From assembly GCA_951406725.2 (NCBI GenBank), contig OX597816.1, positions 87,234,001 to 87,298,000 on the forward strand: a stretch of DNA of 64,000 nt, written 5' to 3'. The notes beneath the pieces were generated by a model. It searched no databases. It was given only the letters and a program-made list of their open reading frames with translations, and was not told the DNA's origin. Each line of letters opens with the position of its first letter. Positions within the stretch are counted from its first letter, which is position 1. Shown piece by piece: positions 12,839 through 27,253 of this stretch. The translations under genes and the position numbers were made by a program. Source of the DNA: Octopus vulgaris. Its lineage: Eukaryota.

Positions 12839-14129
12839 TAAATAAATATATACGTATATAAACATATATATATACACAGTTCCGGATGTATGTATGTGCA
12901 TGTTTATCCGAATTGAACAAACACTTAGTAGCTCGGAAATATAACTTTTGTTTACCTTACACGTGAATAAATATCCATCAGACATTACATGTTTTTAATA
13001 TAATGTTGTTGCATGAAGCACTTTCACGGTCATTGACTTTATTACAGCACTCAACTTTTTCTGCCATTCCACTCTCAAAACACATTTAGCAATATAATAA
13101 TTATTAGCACTGACTTAACGATTCACTGTAGAATCGATAGAGCTGGGGTTGATTAGCAAATTTTTGAAGTGTTTATTTTAGTCTTTTTATGTTGTGTTCA
13201 TATATACTAAAAGGTGCAGTCTTCTTTCATTTTCCCGAATTCAATAATATACGATTGGTGTGTAAGTACTGGAGCTGTCATTACCATCTGGTTGGCAGAG
13301 CCACCTAAAATGTGAGGTTTTCTGCTTTGTTTAGGAGTCAGCATTCCAAACCATCACAAGGACAAATCTTTTTTTCGGTGTTCTGGTTTGTATACACTGA
13401 GAGCTATGCCAACGGTGTACAAGTTCTTCGTCGCGCTTTTCTTGCTGAATAGGTCAAACGGTAAAGACAAAACCAAAACTGACACTTTCTCTCGGTGGTA
13501 GAAATGGATTTACTCAGGGCCAGCACACCTACATACGAAAAAGCAGTTTCAAAAGTATCGAAGATAATTCAGAACCAATATGATCTGATAAAGACTATAC
13601 CGCTTCTGAAAGCCCATGTCGAGAATAGTGGAGAAAGTCGTTGATGGATTATGCTCTATAGGAAGTAACAAATCTAAGAATCAGAGAGTGGATAAAATAG
13701 TGATAGTAACAGTAACGGACTATATACATTGATCTTTTTATGTTGGTCCTTTTACCTTCATACTCCAACTCACGTCGGAGTAAAATTTGATTCTTCATTA
13801 TTCCAAGATTTCTCATATAAGTACTAATAAATGCTAGACCAATGTGCACAGCCTCTGTCATTTTAATCCCTTAAAAATGTCTGGCTTGGTGGATCTGTTA
13901 TAAGAATTTCGTTGTCCTTCTCTACAGAACTCTGTTACATATATGTATACCCCCACCTATATTGCTTCTTCTTTTTTCATTAATCCAATTCTGTGCCAGC
14001 TGCAGGCACATATAGTTTTGTAACCTGTCTTATTAATACCTCTTCAACCGTCGCATTTGTGGCACTAAATGACATTTTCATTATTTAACAGATCGTTAGA
14101 GCGTCGGATAATATAATACTCTGCGGTAA

Positions 14130-14343
14130 GGCGACGAGCTGGCAGAAAAGCTAGCACGCCGTGCGAAATACTTAGCGGTATTTCGTCTGTCTTTACGTTC
14201 TGAGTTCAAATTCCGCCGAGGTCGACTTTGCCGTTCATCCTTTCGAGGTCGATAAGTTAAGTACCAGTTGCATACTGGGGTCGATGTAATCGACTGCCTC
14301 CTCCCCCAAAATTTCGTGCTTTGTGCCTAAAGTAGAAAAGAAT
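14130..14343 (+). mobile_element. SINE family 2, full length
   Basis: GGCGACGAGCTGGCAGAA head through the GTGCCTAAAGTAGAAAAG end; matches 56521-56918. Confidence 0.85.
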
Positions 14344-14949
14344 ATAATACTCTGCGATATTTTTTCCTGTTCTTTACGTTCTGATCCTTTCACAATGTCG
14401 ATAAAATACAGAACCAGTATAGTGATAGATATAATCACTTACTCCCTACCTCAAAATTACTAAATTATATGTGTCTAAATTATAAATTATACTTAAATGA
14501 CAACGGGTTGGCAGAATTATTAAAGCGCTTTGCGGTATTCGTTTCGGGTCTTAACGATTTGATCTCAAGTCCCAGTCACAAAGCCGTTCATTCATAGAAT
14601 TATAGAGAAGCAGAAAAATAGATCAAGTGATACAGCAGCAAATACAAAATACCTCACACCAATCTAGGACACTGAAACGTACTGAGAGGTAATATTTATT
14701 CTCATTTAAACGTGAATGCTCTGTTAGAACAAACTATACGGCTGTAGATATCATGAGAGAAACTCCCTTCTTGGCTTTTAGTGCAAAATACATTCTTGTT
14801 TATAAGAAATAGCGGTGAGATAAACCCCTGCCATCACCAGTGCCGAGACCACTGGATCACGAGATTTCGACCTCGTTTTGTCTCACCAATGATGGATGCT
14901 CGACTGCTAGAAACAGCAGCGACTCATCTCCCCTTTAGCGATATATAGA

Positions 14950-15370
14950 AAAACAATGCCAGAACAGGTACTCGACACATTAGAGGTGAGATTTCTAACC
15001 GAAGATGAGGCTAGGAAGTACTCCACAACAACCTTAAGGAGTGACGAACTGGTCCCCATACTATAACTTTGGCCGAAGAGTTGCAACAGTAAAGGTGGTT
15101 GATGTTCCCCCAGAAGAAAACATCTGCTGGTTGGTGATGGCAATCTCCTTCGATAAGTAGGACAAAAGCTAATATACTGCAGGTCCAGAGGCTACTGAAA
15201 AAAATTGATCTGATCAAGCAATTAATCCAGAATTATCAAGAAAATATGCAAGCCATCCCGGACCAGTTCACTATATTGTAGCTCACAACTGTTCGTAGCC
15301 GTTGAGGGCAGAAAGATAGGGTGTCATTTGTATAGTAACACAGACCATCAAAAAGCTTTCCGTTCACAAC
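14950..15370 (+). pseudogene. Degraded LINE ORF1 (RRM-like plus decayed zinc knuckle), related to the ORF1 at 42533-43773
   Basis: Frameshifted peptides TLEVRFLTEDEARKYSTTTL, FGRRVATVKVVDVPPEENICWL and VEGRKIGCHLYSNTDHQKAFR (15301-15363) align by eye with WLLFDTPEEACKFASKPL, KKKLMKAWICGLPPDIEPEWI and LEGRPPKCHRCLESGHIKKNC. Confidence 0.7.
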
Positions 15371-15802
15371 AAAAAATGCGAGAAGAGAGATCCCACTGTT
15401 GATGACATCATCACAGTATCAACAACGTTAACTGTAAAAACAATAGCGGCACCTAACGGTGACGTGTGACCACAGAAAAACACCACCAACAACGGAAGCA
15501 GTAGCAACAAAAGAAACAACAGAAACACCGTCTTCAAGAAGCACCATATCACAAACAACAACAGCAACTGAAAGCCTCCAAATACTGTAGAAAAAGAAGA
15601 CTGTGAGATCCAATACATACCTCTCCCCACTTAGAACCACTCAGGTATGTCGTGAGGCGAAGATGATGGAGGGAAGAAATCAAATGGGACAAAGTAATGT
15701 ACAATAAAAAAAAAGGTGGGAATACGCCAAAAGAATAGCTGGTGGGGTTCAAACGGAAGGAAGAAATATCTCAAAACGATGAAACAACGCCAATACAACC
15801 AA

Positions 15803-15855
<53 letters not shown>

Positions 15856-16724
15856 GATTCACCGACACCATCACCACAATCAACACTCTCACAATCTCTA
15901 TCACCACAAGCACAACCCAGATCACAAAACCCGGCACAACACAATCCGCATCCAAAAAATAGGAACAAGACTAGCAAAGAAACATTATAAACTACATGGT
16001 AACAAATACAAGTAGCAAAGAATTAAGGAAATACATACATCAACACACAAACATTACGCAAAACGACTCCATACCAATGCTTATTAAAATCGTTTAAACA
16101 TGAAATTACGGAATTAAAAACAGAAAAAGGTATTGTATAAAAGACACAGAAAGCAATTGAAGAAGAGAGTCATAGTAAATGAACCAGACAGATACGAAGA
16201 AAATATGGAATAGCTGTATTACAAATTTCAGGTACCAACACCGTTACAGGTTCTTGAACCCGCACGTACAAGTGTAAGAAAAAAGAACACAGAGTTCCTA
16301 CAAATAGACGCCAAAAAGAAAATAATATTAAATTGGAAAAAATAAACGTTAAAAAGGGAGGAAAGATAAATACAGTAAAATAAAATTTCCCAAGAGAAAA
16401 AAAAAACTAAAAGGAGAGATGTGGTAGTGAAGATGGTATTCACTTTCCGACTCGACAAAGTGGTATGTCAGCCCCACTATAGAGTCAGACAGTCAGTCGT
16501 TGTAGAAGGTCAGTAGTAGTACAGTGGTTGTATGACTTCTCAGTTGGAGTCTGTGTCAGTTACGTGATATATAGGAGTTCGAGTTACCGTTAAGGTAGAT
16601 GTTTCAAAGTCGGCTTGCGGAGCGATCAGCGATGGTACGATAGACGAGTCAAAGAAAATAAGACGCGGAATACCGCCAAAACATAATAGCGGCGGCAGGA
16701 ATATTACAATGACGACAATAACAT

Positions 16725-16797
<73 letters not shown>

Positions 16798-16901
16798 CAT
16801 ACATACATACATACATACATACACACATACATACACATGTATACACGTATATGTATACGTGTATGTATATATATATACACACACACATATATTTCTCCTA
16901 T

Positions 16902-16936
16902 GTTTCCGACGAAGAGCTCCGCTCGAAACGTCAAAT
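16902..16936 (+). ncRNA. Minimal type I hammerhead variant (U4C), Penelope-associated
   Basis: GUUU-CCGACGA-A-GAGC-UCC-GCUC-GAAA-CG-UC-AAAU, followed by a pyrimidine-rich tail. Confidence 0.65.
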
Positions 16937-17026
16937 CCTCCTTCTTCCCTTCTTTCCTGAGCGTCCAATAATACCTTTATTTGTTCCACATCCTTGCGTT
17001 GTTGTCTTTTTGTTTTCTCGTTTTGA

Positions 17027-17090
<64 letters not shown>

Positions 17091-17193
17091 CATATATATA
17101 TATAGTTTACATTTACAGAAAAATAAGAGACGAAGACAGGTGTGGAAACAACAAGCAGCTGTATCAGTTTGACGCTCGGGAAGGTGAGAAAGT

Positions 17194-17229
17194 CTTTTAC
17201 GTTTCGAGCCTACGCTCTTCAACAGAAAG
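17194..17229 (-). ncRNA. Minimal type I hammerhead variant (A6U)
   Basis: CUUU-CUGUUGA-A-GAGC-GUAG-GCUC-GAAA-CG-UA-AAAG. Confidence 0.65.
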
Positions 17230-17830
17230 GAATACGAGGAAATAAACAGAGAGAAAGTTTTAAAAAAAACTTGTGGAGTTAGCTGTCAATATGTATGCAT
17301 ATATACATACATACATACATACATACATACATACATACATACATACGTAAGCCCACTCCACCCTACATGTTCCAACCCCACCTTCCTTATCCTTCCCATC
17401 CCACGTCACCCCACCCCTTACACCTACACACCCACATACCCCACCTTTACCCCTACCCTTGCTTTCCCCAGTCCCGCCTTCCCCACCTCCCAATGTGATG
17501 TGATGTGATGTGTTGTGTAGGGTGATGACCCTACACAACACATCACATCACGAGACACGACCACGCACACAACAGAACTGACCACTTCATAGACCCACAT
17601 TTTTACACCTACACTTACACACACACGTCAAGATCACCAGCCCTCTTCCACACGCACATACGAACTCTCTTATACAAACGCACGCGCACCTTCGTTTTGG
17701 GATCACCACCACTTTGTTATCTCCCCTTCTCCTTAGCTCTCCTATGTGACCCTTCTGTCCGGCCTTCGCCATGATAGATCGCTAGCCACTACACATTCTT
17801 TATTTTCTCTCCTTGTTTCTTTCTATGTTC

Positions 17831-17866
17831 CTTTCTGTGGAAGAGCGTAGGCTCGAAACGTTAAAG
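17831..17866 (+). ncRNA. Minimal type I hammerhead variant (A6U)
   Basis: CUUU-CUGUGGA-A-GAGC-GUAG-GCUC-GAAA-CG-UU-AAAG. Confidence 0.6.
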
Positions 17867-18308
17867 ACTTTTTCATTTCGCGAGCGTTATACTAGTTACA
17901 AATATATTATTTGTTGTCTACACCAACTGTCTTCGTCTTTTGTTGGCTTTTTTGTAAATCTCCCCCTACATGCATACAGACATACATGCATACAAATATA
18001 TATATATATATGTACAGGTGAGGAAGAGAGGGAGAGAGAAAAAGACAGCGGGAGGAAAAAAGGTTAGCTGACAAAACCTACTCAGTCTACTCATATAACA
18101 TTCAAAAACGTACACGGTTAAGAAATGGTGTGGAAAGGTTCCTGTGAATAGAAATACAAAAGGAAAGAAGGTGAAAGTGAAAGAAAGAAAGAGCATGGGA
18201 GACTCAACAAAATAGATATGCAAGTTGAAATGAAAAGCGAAAAAGGTAACTAATTGAAGGTAAATAGCTTAAGGAACGAGTTTGTAAAAAGATAGGTGTG
18301 TTGATAGG

Positions 18309-18387
<79 letters not shown>

Positions 18388-18523
18388 ATTGATGGTTGCA
18401 TGGATGGATAGAGAGGGAAAAGGATGAAGAGGGAGACACAGAGAGACAAATAGACAGACAGACAGACCGATACATAGGTAGATAGATAGGGAGGCAGTCA
18501 GACAGTCAGACAGACAGACAGAC

Positions 18524-18616
<93 letters not shown>

Positions 18617-18786
18617 TGCAAATCACAATGCAGGAATGTAAGAGGGAAGCAACAACAGAAAATAAAATAGAACGCACAGCTAAGAAATGCTCGTTGAAAA
18701 AGAGAAAGGAATGAGAGAAAAAAAACTGATTTTCAAAGAAACCCCTGCCAAAAAATGTATGAAACGCATAAAACGAAAATTATGAT

Positions 18787-18817
<31 letters not shown>

Positions 18818-19190
18818 AACGGAAATAGGGAAAGAAGGAAAGACAGAAAGAAAGAAAGAATGGGTTGAATATTTCATAGCTAAGCAAGTTTTCATGTAGT
18901 TTGAGACAGGTAAAAAAAGATTGAGGGCAAATCAACAAGGTAACGAAAACATCGTCCGTTTTTTAGGTCATTGTGGGCTGGGGTTGCTAAGAGTCTTAAA
19001 GGTTGATGGAAGAAGGGGTGATGAGAGGAGACACCACAAGGGAGGGAGGGAGGGTTGTATGAGGTGTTTGTTGTAAAACGAGGAGGGAGGAGAGTGGGGG
19101 GTGAGAGGGGGGGTAGAGTGGACAAACAATAAAGTATGAAACCATAACCTGTTTGTAGGACACGGTGGGGATACAGAGATAAATACTGTG

Positions 19191-19256
<66 letters not shown>

Positions 19257-20222
19257 GTGTGTATTTCTATGTATACTTATGTTCACATATATATGCACAC
19301 ACACACATAAATACATGTAAAGAAAAGCAAAATGATATGCATAATATATATATATATATACACACACATATATGCCAGATATACATGTGTGTGTGTATGT
19401 ATATAAGGGAGAGAGACAGAGACAGAGACAGAGACAGAGTAAATATATATTTATATATATGTATATTATACATAAATACATACATATATGGAAGCACGCA
19501 CACACACACACACATCTACATACACTTATACATATATTAAAGCAACTAGGCATACTGATGCATACAACAGTTATAGTTGGTGGCGGTGGCGGGGCTGGCG
19601 GTGGTGGTGGTGCTGTTGGCGGCGGCGGCGGTGGTGGTGGTGGTGGTGGTGGTGGTGTTGACGGCGTTTATGGCCTGCGGATAATGGCTTCAGTGTGAAA
19701 GGTTATAGTGATACCTACAAGTAGCATGTGAGAGATAGAGGGGATGTATTTGCATGTGTCAAGGACTACAAGGGTGTGGTGACAAAAGAAATATATATAT
19801 AGGCATCAGTCTATAATTATATATGCATATATATGTGCGCGCGCGTGTACAAGTGCGTGTATGTTTGGTCTGTATATTCATGCATTTAACGACGCATATA
19901 TATGTGTGTATATGTGCATGGTATATCTTATGTATGCAGTTAGATGTACGGCTGTAGCTCTTTGGTTAAGAGCTCCATGCAGATTATCATCATCGAGACT
20001 GCTTCTCGTATAATGGTTAGGTTACTACTAATACTTTGTAGCTTTATTGGTTATGATATACAGAGTAAATGTAGGAGACATTTGTTCCTTAGTACTCTTC
20101 AACAATTCAGTTTGTTTCGAATCTCAGCCTTTAAAGGCTCTAGTACAACTGAATGCTTAACCTGAACGGATCATCAGAGAAAATCTTTACCGCATTCTGT
20201 TACAGAGAACAAGTATGCGTGA

Positions 20223-20311
<89 letters not shown>

Positions 20312-20339
20312 CACGCGCATACCTATCTATCTGTCCATA

Positions 20340-20697
20340 TCTTATATATAAATGGCAATTTCTGTCTGTCCTTCTGTCTGTCTGTCACCATCTTGCTGCC
20401 CAAACCAGGGAATCAACCTGCACCAAACTTTGTATACATGTTGATCTAACATCCAGTTCAATTATAGGCAAATTGGATTTTTTAAAAAATCGATAATGGA
20501 CCGATTACGCGGGTTAGACTATTGCATGATAAAATGAGAGGGGTGCAAAAGTGTTAGGTTCGGGAAAATGTGGCATAATGAGGCTGGCTGATATCAGGGA
20601 GAGGGAGGAGACAAGAAGAGGTAAACACACAGAGAATGTGAGAGACAGACAGAGAGAACGACAGAGACATCTTCCATACATATAACATAGTTTTTAT

Positions 20698-20782
<85 letters not shown>

Positions 20783-21070
20783 TTTGTGTATCTTTCTTAT
20801 GCATTCAAAAATTGAGTTGCCGATTTTGACGTATGAGGTATCAAAAGATTCAGTAATCTTACGACTATCAAATAAACTTTATTTTTATTTTCATATTTGC
20901 ATTAAAAAATTTTTTACATTATAATCTTTTCTATAATTCAACTATCGTAAACGTTTTATACCACGACGATAACGACAACTACGTCACATTTTCTATATAA
21001 ATGTGTACTTTAACTTAAAAGACATCCATTTCTCTATATGTTATGACTGACGAAATATTGTAACTCACTA

Positions 21071-21111
<41 letters not shown>

Positions 21112-21492
21112 AACACACACACATACACACATGCACACATACATACAAAAAAGATAAAGGCATATGTATTTATGTATGTGTATATGTAAGATGAGTGTGT
21201 GTGAGACAGAGAGAGACCGAGTACCACTTAAACATACATGACAACACATACCTTCACTCACTCTCTCTCTCCTTCTCTCACTCTCTCTCTCGCTCTCGCT
21301 CTCTCTCTCTCTCTATTTATCTATCTATCTCTTACGGATATGTGCACACACATACACACGTTCATTTCATATACACGTACATACATCTTTCACTTTCTCT
21401 TCTCTTTCACTTTCTGCTCTCACTTCAAAGTAAATATCGTGGTTTCACTTTCTCTTTTTCAATTTCTGCTCTCTTCAAAGCATAAACAAATA

Positions 21493-21552
<60 letters not shown>

Positions 21553-21900
21553 ATATAAAGAAATTAACGAATACGTTCGAACACTAAGTTGCCGATTTTG
21601 ACGTATGCGGTGTCAAAATATTCAGTAATCTTTCGCATAGCAAATAAACTTTATTTTCATTTACATATTTAACATTATAATCTTTCTATATAATTTAACT
21701 CTCCTAAACGACATTCATACCACCACCACCACCACCACGACGTCACAATTTCTATATGAGTGTGTACCTTAAAACACATCCATTTCTCTAGATGTTATGA
21801 AAAAATACAGTCACTAATTTTCTCTAACACATGCATATGCACACATACATACAAAAAAGATGTATGCATATGTATTTATGTACCTGTGTATGAAAGATAA

Positions 21901-21943
<43 letters not shown>

Positions 21944-22130
21944 GTACCGCTTACACATACATGCAAAAGTTTCATATATGATAATACACCTTCACTCACT
22001 CTCTCTCTCTCGATCACGCGCGGACACATACGTTCATTTCATATATACGTACATAAATCTTTCACTTTCTCCTCTCTTTCAATTTTCTACTCTCACTTCT
22101 CTTCAAACAATAATTTTTTTTTAATTTTAC
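20340..22130 (+). mobile_element. Helitron/Helentron-like non-autonomous relic with a diverged internal ~772-bp duplication
   Basis: Starts TCTTATATATAAA followed by (TCTG)n, like the Helitron at 44621. GTTGCCGATTTTGACGTATG recurs at 20816 and 21588 and similarity continues for several hundred bp. Confidence 0.45.
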
Positions 22131-22519
22131 GGAAATTAACGAACAGTTATATAATCCCGTATCATCGATCATGTGATCGTGCACACAACTTTCCTGCTTC
22201 AAACGAAAGAATGACATAAAATAACTTCCTTTGGCGCGCGCGCGCACAGACACACACACACACACACACACACATACTCTATTAATTAATTTCTCGTTCG
22301 TATGGCGCGAATTAGAACACCTCTCTCTTGTTTTGCAAGCGTAGGCGAAAAATAATTCTTTGTGGTCACGTGACTGTTTAAACCGTACGTGATATGATTT
22401 TGGCGCGCTTTTTACGGTGTAAGCGAACCCTAAAGCCTACTATTGCCTCAGTTAGTCTGGACTTGGAAGCGAGGTGCGTCGGTTGACGTACGTGAGTGGT
22501 TTGTGTGAATAGTTGATAC

Positions 22520-22572
22520 GGCAGTCGGTGCCAGGCAGTCGGTGCCAGGCAGTCGGTGCTATGCAGTCGATG
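22520..22572. repeat. 14-bp tandem repeat (GGCAGTCGGTGCCA) x ~4 in a CpG-rich TE-like segment
   Basis: Read directly from the sequence. Confidence 0.85.
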
Positions 22573-22770
22573 TGTGAGATGATGCGGGCAATTTCGTGTG
22601 AAACAATTGACAGAGTATGGAGTTGGTTTCAGCGGTTAATGTGAACAGTGGACGGTTTTGAGCTAGCTGCAAAAATAATGAGAACTTGAGAACGTAAGTC
22701 TAATTATTCCATTAATGTTTATTGGCCTCTCAATTAAAGTTCTTTTATTTTTGGTATACTCAACGGTTTT

Positions 22771-23087
22771 ACAGTTCTATATTTAAGAGATGAGGAATTA
22801 TGTACATTATTTACATTATTTACATTCGACAGAAATTTGTTCTCATCTTGTTTGTTGTAAACACAACGTTACGACTGATATACCCTCCAGCCTTCATCAG
22901 GTGTCTTGGGGAAATTTCGAACCTGGGTTTTCATACCTAATGTATTTTTCGATGCTGTTATTATTATTATTGCTCGGGTCACTGCTTGGAATCGAACTCG
23001 AAATCTTGGGGCTAGTAGCCGGCGCTCTTAGCCACAATGCCATATTCCCGTGGGTATATGACAAATATCTGTCGAATGTAAATAATG
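22771..23087 (-). mobile_element. tRNA-headed, hammerhead-bearing SINE-like element with an inverted terminal segment and 14-bp TSD
   Basis: Minus strand: A box TGGCATTGTGG, B box GTTCGATTC, (AAT)n, then an HHR. 23061-23087 is an inverted copy of ~22801-22840. TSD TACTCAACGGTTTT at 22757-22770 and 23088-23101. Confidence 0.85.
22860..22905 (-). ncRNA. Minimal type I hammerhead, mutated (GUAA for GAAA)
   Basis: GACAC-CUGAUGA-A-GGCUG-loop-CAGUC-GUAA-CG-UU-GUGUU. The intact version is at 51112-51157. Confidence 0.6.
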
Positions 23088-23526
23088 TACTCAACGGTTT
23101 TGTTTGTTATTTTCAACTCTTCTGGCTTATTTGACTACTGCTTCTTCCGCTCTAAGCAAAATGATTTGCTGAGCTCGCCCGCGTGGTCTTCTGAGCTATT
23201 GGATACAGACTGTTGGAGCCTATTGATGTGAACAGAAGGTTCCGTTCGGTGTAACAATATGTTATTATTATTATTATCAAAATGACACTGAGGTAAAATA
23301 TATGAAGCCCAGTATACCTATCATGACTACCCATCTGATAAGGGTATACGAGGTACGTGCATCACAACCATATGTGCGCGACATGGTAATCTCATATCAA
23401 GATAAGCAGCGCATGACCTTGCAGGCGGGGCCCAATTAAAATTTTCTTCAGGTCGAGTAGCCACTCAAAGGTCCCTCAATAGATATATGTGTGTGTAGAG
23501 AGAGAGAGAGAGACAGAGAGAGGTGG

Positions 23527-23594
<68 letters not shown>

Positions 23595-23635
23595 GGATGG
23601 ATGGATGGATGGATGGATGGATGGATGGATGGATG

Positions 23636-23735
<100 letters not shown>

Positions 23736-24716
23736 TCGCAATTTTACAACCGAAAGGCAGAAATATATACGTCACTAAAGTGCACAAGTCAGCACCATTA
23801 TTGCCAGTATTGTTATATATTTTTCTCTTTAGGTTGTAAAATTGCGAAAAGGACACCCGTATTATTTATAATTTTCACTTTCACTTATTAATGCTTTTCT
23901 TTTTCCTTTTTTTTCATTTCTTCATCGTCTTGGAAAATCAGAGTATGATTTCTACGATAATCTCATAAACTGACATGACAAATCGAATTTAACCCAAAGC
24001 ATTGACGAGCATTAAATTGAATGCGAAATCACTGTGATCTGGCTATGCCTAGGCGCTGAGGGAGCTTGCCTCCCTTGAAAGTCATTAAGGTAAGGTTCTT
24101 CTTGTGGCACCATTAAGATAATGTGCTTCTTATTTCTGGCAACAAGGGTGCTGACCAGTGCCGTCAGTGGTATGTTTGTGCGTGTTTGTGGGTAAGCACA
24201 GACACCTACGTAGTCAAGTACGAGCGCAAAGAGAAGTTGCACGAAGAACTACGCGGACATGCAAAGCTATTCTATCTCATCCCTCACGCATACACATCCT
24301 CCCCAATACGTACACAAACACAAATTGCTCTTTACATTCATGCTCCAGTCTTAAAAATATTCCAAATCCTACCCTTTACCTTCCGGTCATTCAATGGTCG
24401 GCATGTCGGCCAACGACACGTAGCATTTTCACCAAGTCTGCACTTAATAATGTTTTTCTTTTTTCTTTCTTTTTCATTTCTTCATCATCTTTCCCTCTCG
24501 CTTTCACTCTACATCCTGTCTGAAGAAATACAATGCCCGAAACGCTATAACAATTAACATTTTGCATTTCTTAAAGCCTCAAGTTGATAATTTTGATTGT
24601 GAACGAACCCCATCTTTTTTTTTTTATCTTGCTTTTATCGTTTGCCATATGTGCATGTATGTATATATGCATGCGTAAATATATAGATATACGCTTATAT
24701 CTGTACTCACACACAC

Positions 24717-24747
<31 letters not shown>

Positions 24748-24756
24748 CTTACCCAA

Positions 24757-24791
<35 letters not shown>

Positions 24792-27029
24792 CAGAAAGAA
24801 AGACAGACACGGATGCATACATATAATCATACAAATATATACAAATACATACATACAGATAGACAGTCAGACAGATATACATATGTGCAGTGACCTACGC
24901 AAATTTTTAGCCACCTGTAGATTTTTCGCTTCGATGTTATATTATTACATTTGTTTCCTCTTGTTTTGCACGTACAGCATAATTTTTATTGTGTTTTTAG
25001 ATCAATTGCACTTCAGCCTGATAAAACACAGCGATGAAATTTATTTCTTCGTTGTTTGTTCATTTACACGGCAAAGAGAGATAAAATTGTCTTGCCAGGG
25101 GCCACGGTTTTTTTTTTTTTATACATTTTTTCCTTAGTGAAGTAAATTTAAGTTGAATGGGAAAAATGTGTGTGAGTGTATGTATGTGCATGCGTGTGTG
25201 TCTGTGTGTGTGTATTTGGTTGTTTGTGTGCATGCGTGCGTGTGTTTGTGTGTGAGAGAGGAGAAGAAAGAAAGGAAGGAAGGAAGGAAGGAAGGAAGGA
25301 AGAAAAGAAGGAAGACAGACAGAAAGATTTTCCTAAAAGTTAAGTATTTAAAAAAAAAACTTGAAAAACAGAATACCACGAACGTTTTACATCTTGTGTT
25401 AACGCTGTCGTTGTACAACCTTTCAAACAAACATGTTACGGAGTAATCCTTCTAGAGGAAGTTGTTTTCAATATTGGTACTGACTATTTCTAGTTTAGTT
25501 TTGGATTTGGTATTCTAATAAAGTATTCTTCTTTTTGCCTTTCGTACTTGATCATTTTCTTTTTATATTTTGAAAAGAAAAAAAAGAAATGTATTGAATT
25601 TTACATTTGGACAAAATGTCTACATGTTTACTACATACGATGAACCTAAATTTGCTGCTTGTGTACTCTGACACGGTTAATTAATTTTGTTTCTGTTTTG
25701 ACGATGTAATTCTCACTGCATTGTAGGCGTGTGATGCAATAAATGAATTTTTTTTTGTTTCGCAACACATGCATTCATTCACCTTAAATTTCTTTATATA
25801 CTTGAATGTTTCGGTTATGCTTTCTTTAATTATTTCACACGCCCCAAAGCGAGGGTCTCCACAGTTTGTTGCCCGCGTTATTTCTTTCTCTGGTGTGAAT
25901 TTCGCTTTTGTTAAGATATCTTTTGAGATTCGGTAGTCGTCTTTGACTTTCGATAATTTACGATTCTTTAAATATTTGTCGGAGATTCGAAGATGTATTA
26001 TAACGGTGTTTTATAGCTTTCTATCGTATATCCATGCTAGATAACATATACAGAATGTTAATTTGAACATGTTCTACAAATTTCTACCCAGCCGACCTGG
26101 ATATCTGCGACAGCGATAATTTCTACATCAGGCGAGGTTAAATCTGCCTAAACATGCAGTTGTTAGTGAATACTTGGTACTGAAGACGCACAAGAAAAAA
26201 CCGATGTAAAGAGGTAGCAATTCCACTGTCGCTTCTGGACGATTTGTCTGTTACTGATATAGTTCTATGCTTTTTCAAACTATTATACGTCTATACGAGA
26301 TGTTTTCTTGAGACAAACATCATAGTTTTATGACTTTCTACGGTAGATCCACGTTAAGAAGATACACAGTATGCTATTTTAAACTAATACTGCTTCCGTT
26401 GCTAATGTGACTATATACGTGTGTGTGTGGAGAGAGGGAGAGAGAGAGAGAGACAGAAAGAAAGAGAGAGAGAAAGAGGGAGGGAAAGAGAAGGGAATAG
26501 AAAGTGGGAAGAAGCAGCAGGCTAACAGACAGTGAAATTGTGAGGAAAGGTTGGGGAGGAGAGAATATGTAGGTCATACCTGAAAAAAAAATAAAGAATT
26601 AAAGAAAAGAAAGAATAAGAATAAGTGAGGAGAAAATAAGGAGAGAGAGAGAGAGAGAGAGTTTATGTCTTTAGGGTGTTATGAGACAAGTGGTAGAGGA
26701 GAGCGGATTTGCTAAGGAATTTGAGGATTGTAACCAAACACACTATATAGAATAGGTACACGCTTACATAAATGTATACAAACACACCTATATGCTTATG
26801 CGTGTGTGTATGCGTGTATGTGTGTGTGTGTATGAGTACGTGTGTATATTAAGGTTTAGATACAGGTAGTCACATTGACACAGAGAACGCCGTCCCCTCC
26901 AGCTAACAATTTTGTGAGCTACCATCTATCCGAACAACCAAGCACACATACCTCAACTCTCTATCTCCCCATCTCTTTCCCTTATCTGTGTGTGTGTGTG
27001 TGTGTGTCTCTCTCTCTCTCCCTCTCCCT

Positions 27030-27085
<56 letters not shown>

Positions 27086-27253
27086 ATTCTTCTTACCCAC
27101 ATCCTACCTCTCGCAACAAGCTATTATATCCTACCATTGTCGCCATTTCTTTAACCACTGCTTTCAGTTATGTTGTCACTATCAGTACACCACCTCAGTA
27201 ACCACTACAGCTACTACCACCAATACTGCCAGCATAGTCGCAGCCACTGTGAA

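Larger units (their letters stand above)
17105..17965. mobile_element. Penelope-like pLTR segments in inverted orientation (17105-17260 minus, ~17350-17965 plus)
   Basis: Each arm carries a hammerhead motif. The plus arm matches 28150-28517 and 34168-34360. Confidence 0.7.
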
